Shown here: piece after piece, positions 23,418 through 24,259 of the stretch
Layout: every line of letters starts with the position of its first letter
Numbering within the stretch: position 1 is the stretch's first letter
Source of the DNA: a virus
Lineage: Duplodnaviria; Caudoviricetes
IMG/VR virus record: IMGVR_UViG_3300008255_000462
Location: 1-24,259 of that record
Reading direction: 5' to 3' (one strand)
DNA: 24,259 bases
Made by a program: the position numbers and the translations under genes
The notes under the pieces: model-generated
Database searches by the model: none
The model's input: only the letters and a program-made list of their open reading frames with translations
Told to the model about the DNA's origin: nothing

Positions 23418-23447
23418 ATTATTAGCACATAAAAAAACGAATTGCAA
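23418..23447 (-). promoter_or_regulatory. Leftward promoter for the leader RNA
   Basis: TTGCAA-N18-AATAAT, back-to-back with the rightward promoter. Confidence 0.5.
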
Positions 23448-23478
23448 TAGTGAAAATAAATTGCTTATAAATTACCTA

Positions 23479-23507
23479 TTGACAATACATATTATTTAAT
23501 CTATACT
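23479..23507 (+). promoter_or_regulatory. Rightward sigma70-type promoter
   Basis: TTGACA-N17-TATACT, preceded by TGCTTATAAATTACCTA. Confidence 0.88.
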
Positions 23508-23535
23508 TGGCTTAGAAAGTTAAAAGAAAGGAAAA

Positions 23536-23727
23536 ATGGAATATACAATTAATATATCAGATTATAATCAATACTTATTTTATTCTAAGCTAAAGACATG
23601 TGATGTATGTAATAAAGAATATTCCCAATCAATATTTTTTAGAAATGTTGATAATAATCAATTATGTGATGAATGTTATTCAGAACATCAATTAACAATG
23701 GGAGATGATATTTTATTTGAAAAATAA
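23536..23727 (+). CDS. Small C4 Zn-finger protein
   Basis: CDVC...LCDECY; SD GAAAGGA. Confidence 0.75.
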   Translation: MEYTINISDYNQYLFYSKLKTCDVCNKEYSQSIFFRNVDNNQLCDECYSEHQLTMGDDILFEK

Positions 23728-23737
23728 AAAGGAAATT

Positions 23738-24259
23738 ATGCAAAAACTAGCTAAATCTAGATTAAAAAGACCACATAATTATGGATTAACAAGAGTAAAA
23801 AATAGTCTTGATGGAAGGTATACTTATGTTAAAGGAGATAGATTTACAGCACCAAAAGCTCTTTTTCTTAGTATCCTTATGGGTATTGGTATTAGTGCTT
23901 TGTCTCATAATGATGGCGGACATGGGATCGCAAATGCAGAAGGAACTGGAACGACAGAGATTATTACAGAGTCCTCCAAAAGACCCATTGACCAGGATGT
24001 TGAAATAACTCCAACTCCAAAACCTACTTTACAAGTAACTCCTGAGCCTACTAAACAGCCAATTCAGGTTTCAAATGAGATAGAAGCATATATTCTCGAA
24101 GTGTTTGGTAAAGATGCCCAAAAAGCTTTAAACATTGCTAAATGTGAAAGTAGATTAAACCCAGAAACAGTTGGTGATAAACACATTATGGTACTAGATC
24201 CCAAACACGATGAAATGGTTGGAGATAGTATCGGTATCTTTCAAGTTAGATCAGGTGGC
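23738..24259 (+). CDS. Membrane-anchored lytic transglycosylase (SLT/lysozyme-like); runs off the window; missing from the track
   Basis: MQKLAKSRLKR...ALFLSILMGIGISAL (TM)...ITPTPKPTLQVTPEPTKQP (linker)...IEAYILEVFGKDAQKALNIAKCESRLNP...DSIGIFQVR. Has the catalytic ES and a GIFQ (GLMQ-like) motif; SD AAAGGA. Confidence 0.85.
   Translation, partial: MQKLAKSRLKRPHNYGLTRVKNSLDGRYTYVKGDRFTAPKALFLSILMGIGISALSHNDGGHGIANAEGTGTTEIITESSKRPIDQDVEITPTPKPTLQVTPEPTKQPIQVSNEIEAYILEVFGKDAQKALNIAKCESRLNPETVGDKHIMVLDPKHDEMVGDSIGIFQVRSGG

Larger units (their letters stand above)
1..24259. mobile_element. Tailed phage (Caudoviricetes) genome segment or prophage with a P22-like head module
   Basis: TerS, TerL, portal, scaffold and major capsid occur in canonical order on the minus strand, with phage recombination genes and many small coupled ORFs. 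No host housekeeping genes and no integrase or att site are visible. Confidence 0.95.

Noticed and set aside
23808-24008. Nested hydrophobic ORF as an embedded holin or spanin
   Set aside because: It is in the +1 frame of the transglycosylase, where T-ending codons produce hydrophobic residues as an artefact. It has no SD and no convincing lipobox.
1-24259. Stop-codon reassignment, CRISPR array, tRNA genes, integrase/att site
   Set aside because: Genes tile densely under code 11 with TAA, TAG and TGA all used as stops. No spaced repeats, cloverleaf or recombinase were seen.

Overview
This window is a ~24 kb segment of a tailed dsDNA phage or prophage with P22/podovirus-like head genes. It is AT-rich, and a CPR/Patescibacteria-type host is inferred but not proven. 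A ~0.9 kb non-coding control region (22595-23535) drives divergent transcription. Rightwards are a Zn-finger ORF and a membrane-anchored lytic transglycosylase that runs off the end. Leftwards is a tightly coupled minus-strand run. In order it contains recombination genes (annealase, SSB-like protein, HTH, DUF1064-type nuclease); an 8 kb glycan-building cluster (6 glycosyltransferases, an NDP-sugar epimerase, a SAM methyltransferase and a hexapeptide acetyltransferase); small Zn-finger/HTH ORFs; TerS; and a TerL split into two genes. A promoter and attenuator then precede portal, scaffold, major capsid, a 7th glycosyltransferase, virion proteins, a SET-domain protein and a virion-type protein with an inserted Hint domain. 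The best leads are: (i) a small-protein/RNA antitermination switch in front of the head genes; (ii) a probable virion-glycosylation/modification system; (iii) a C4/CI-like RNA attenuator gating a ~350 nt non-coding RNA; (iv) a Hint domain ending HN-Phe that cannot splice canonically; (v) the split terminase. All family calls come from motifs read by eye; no searches were run.
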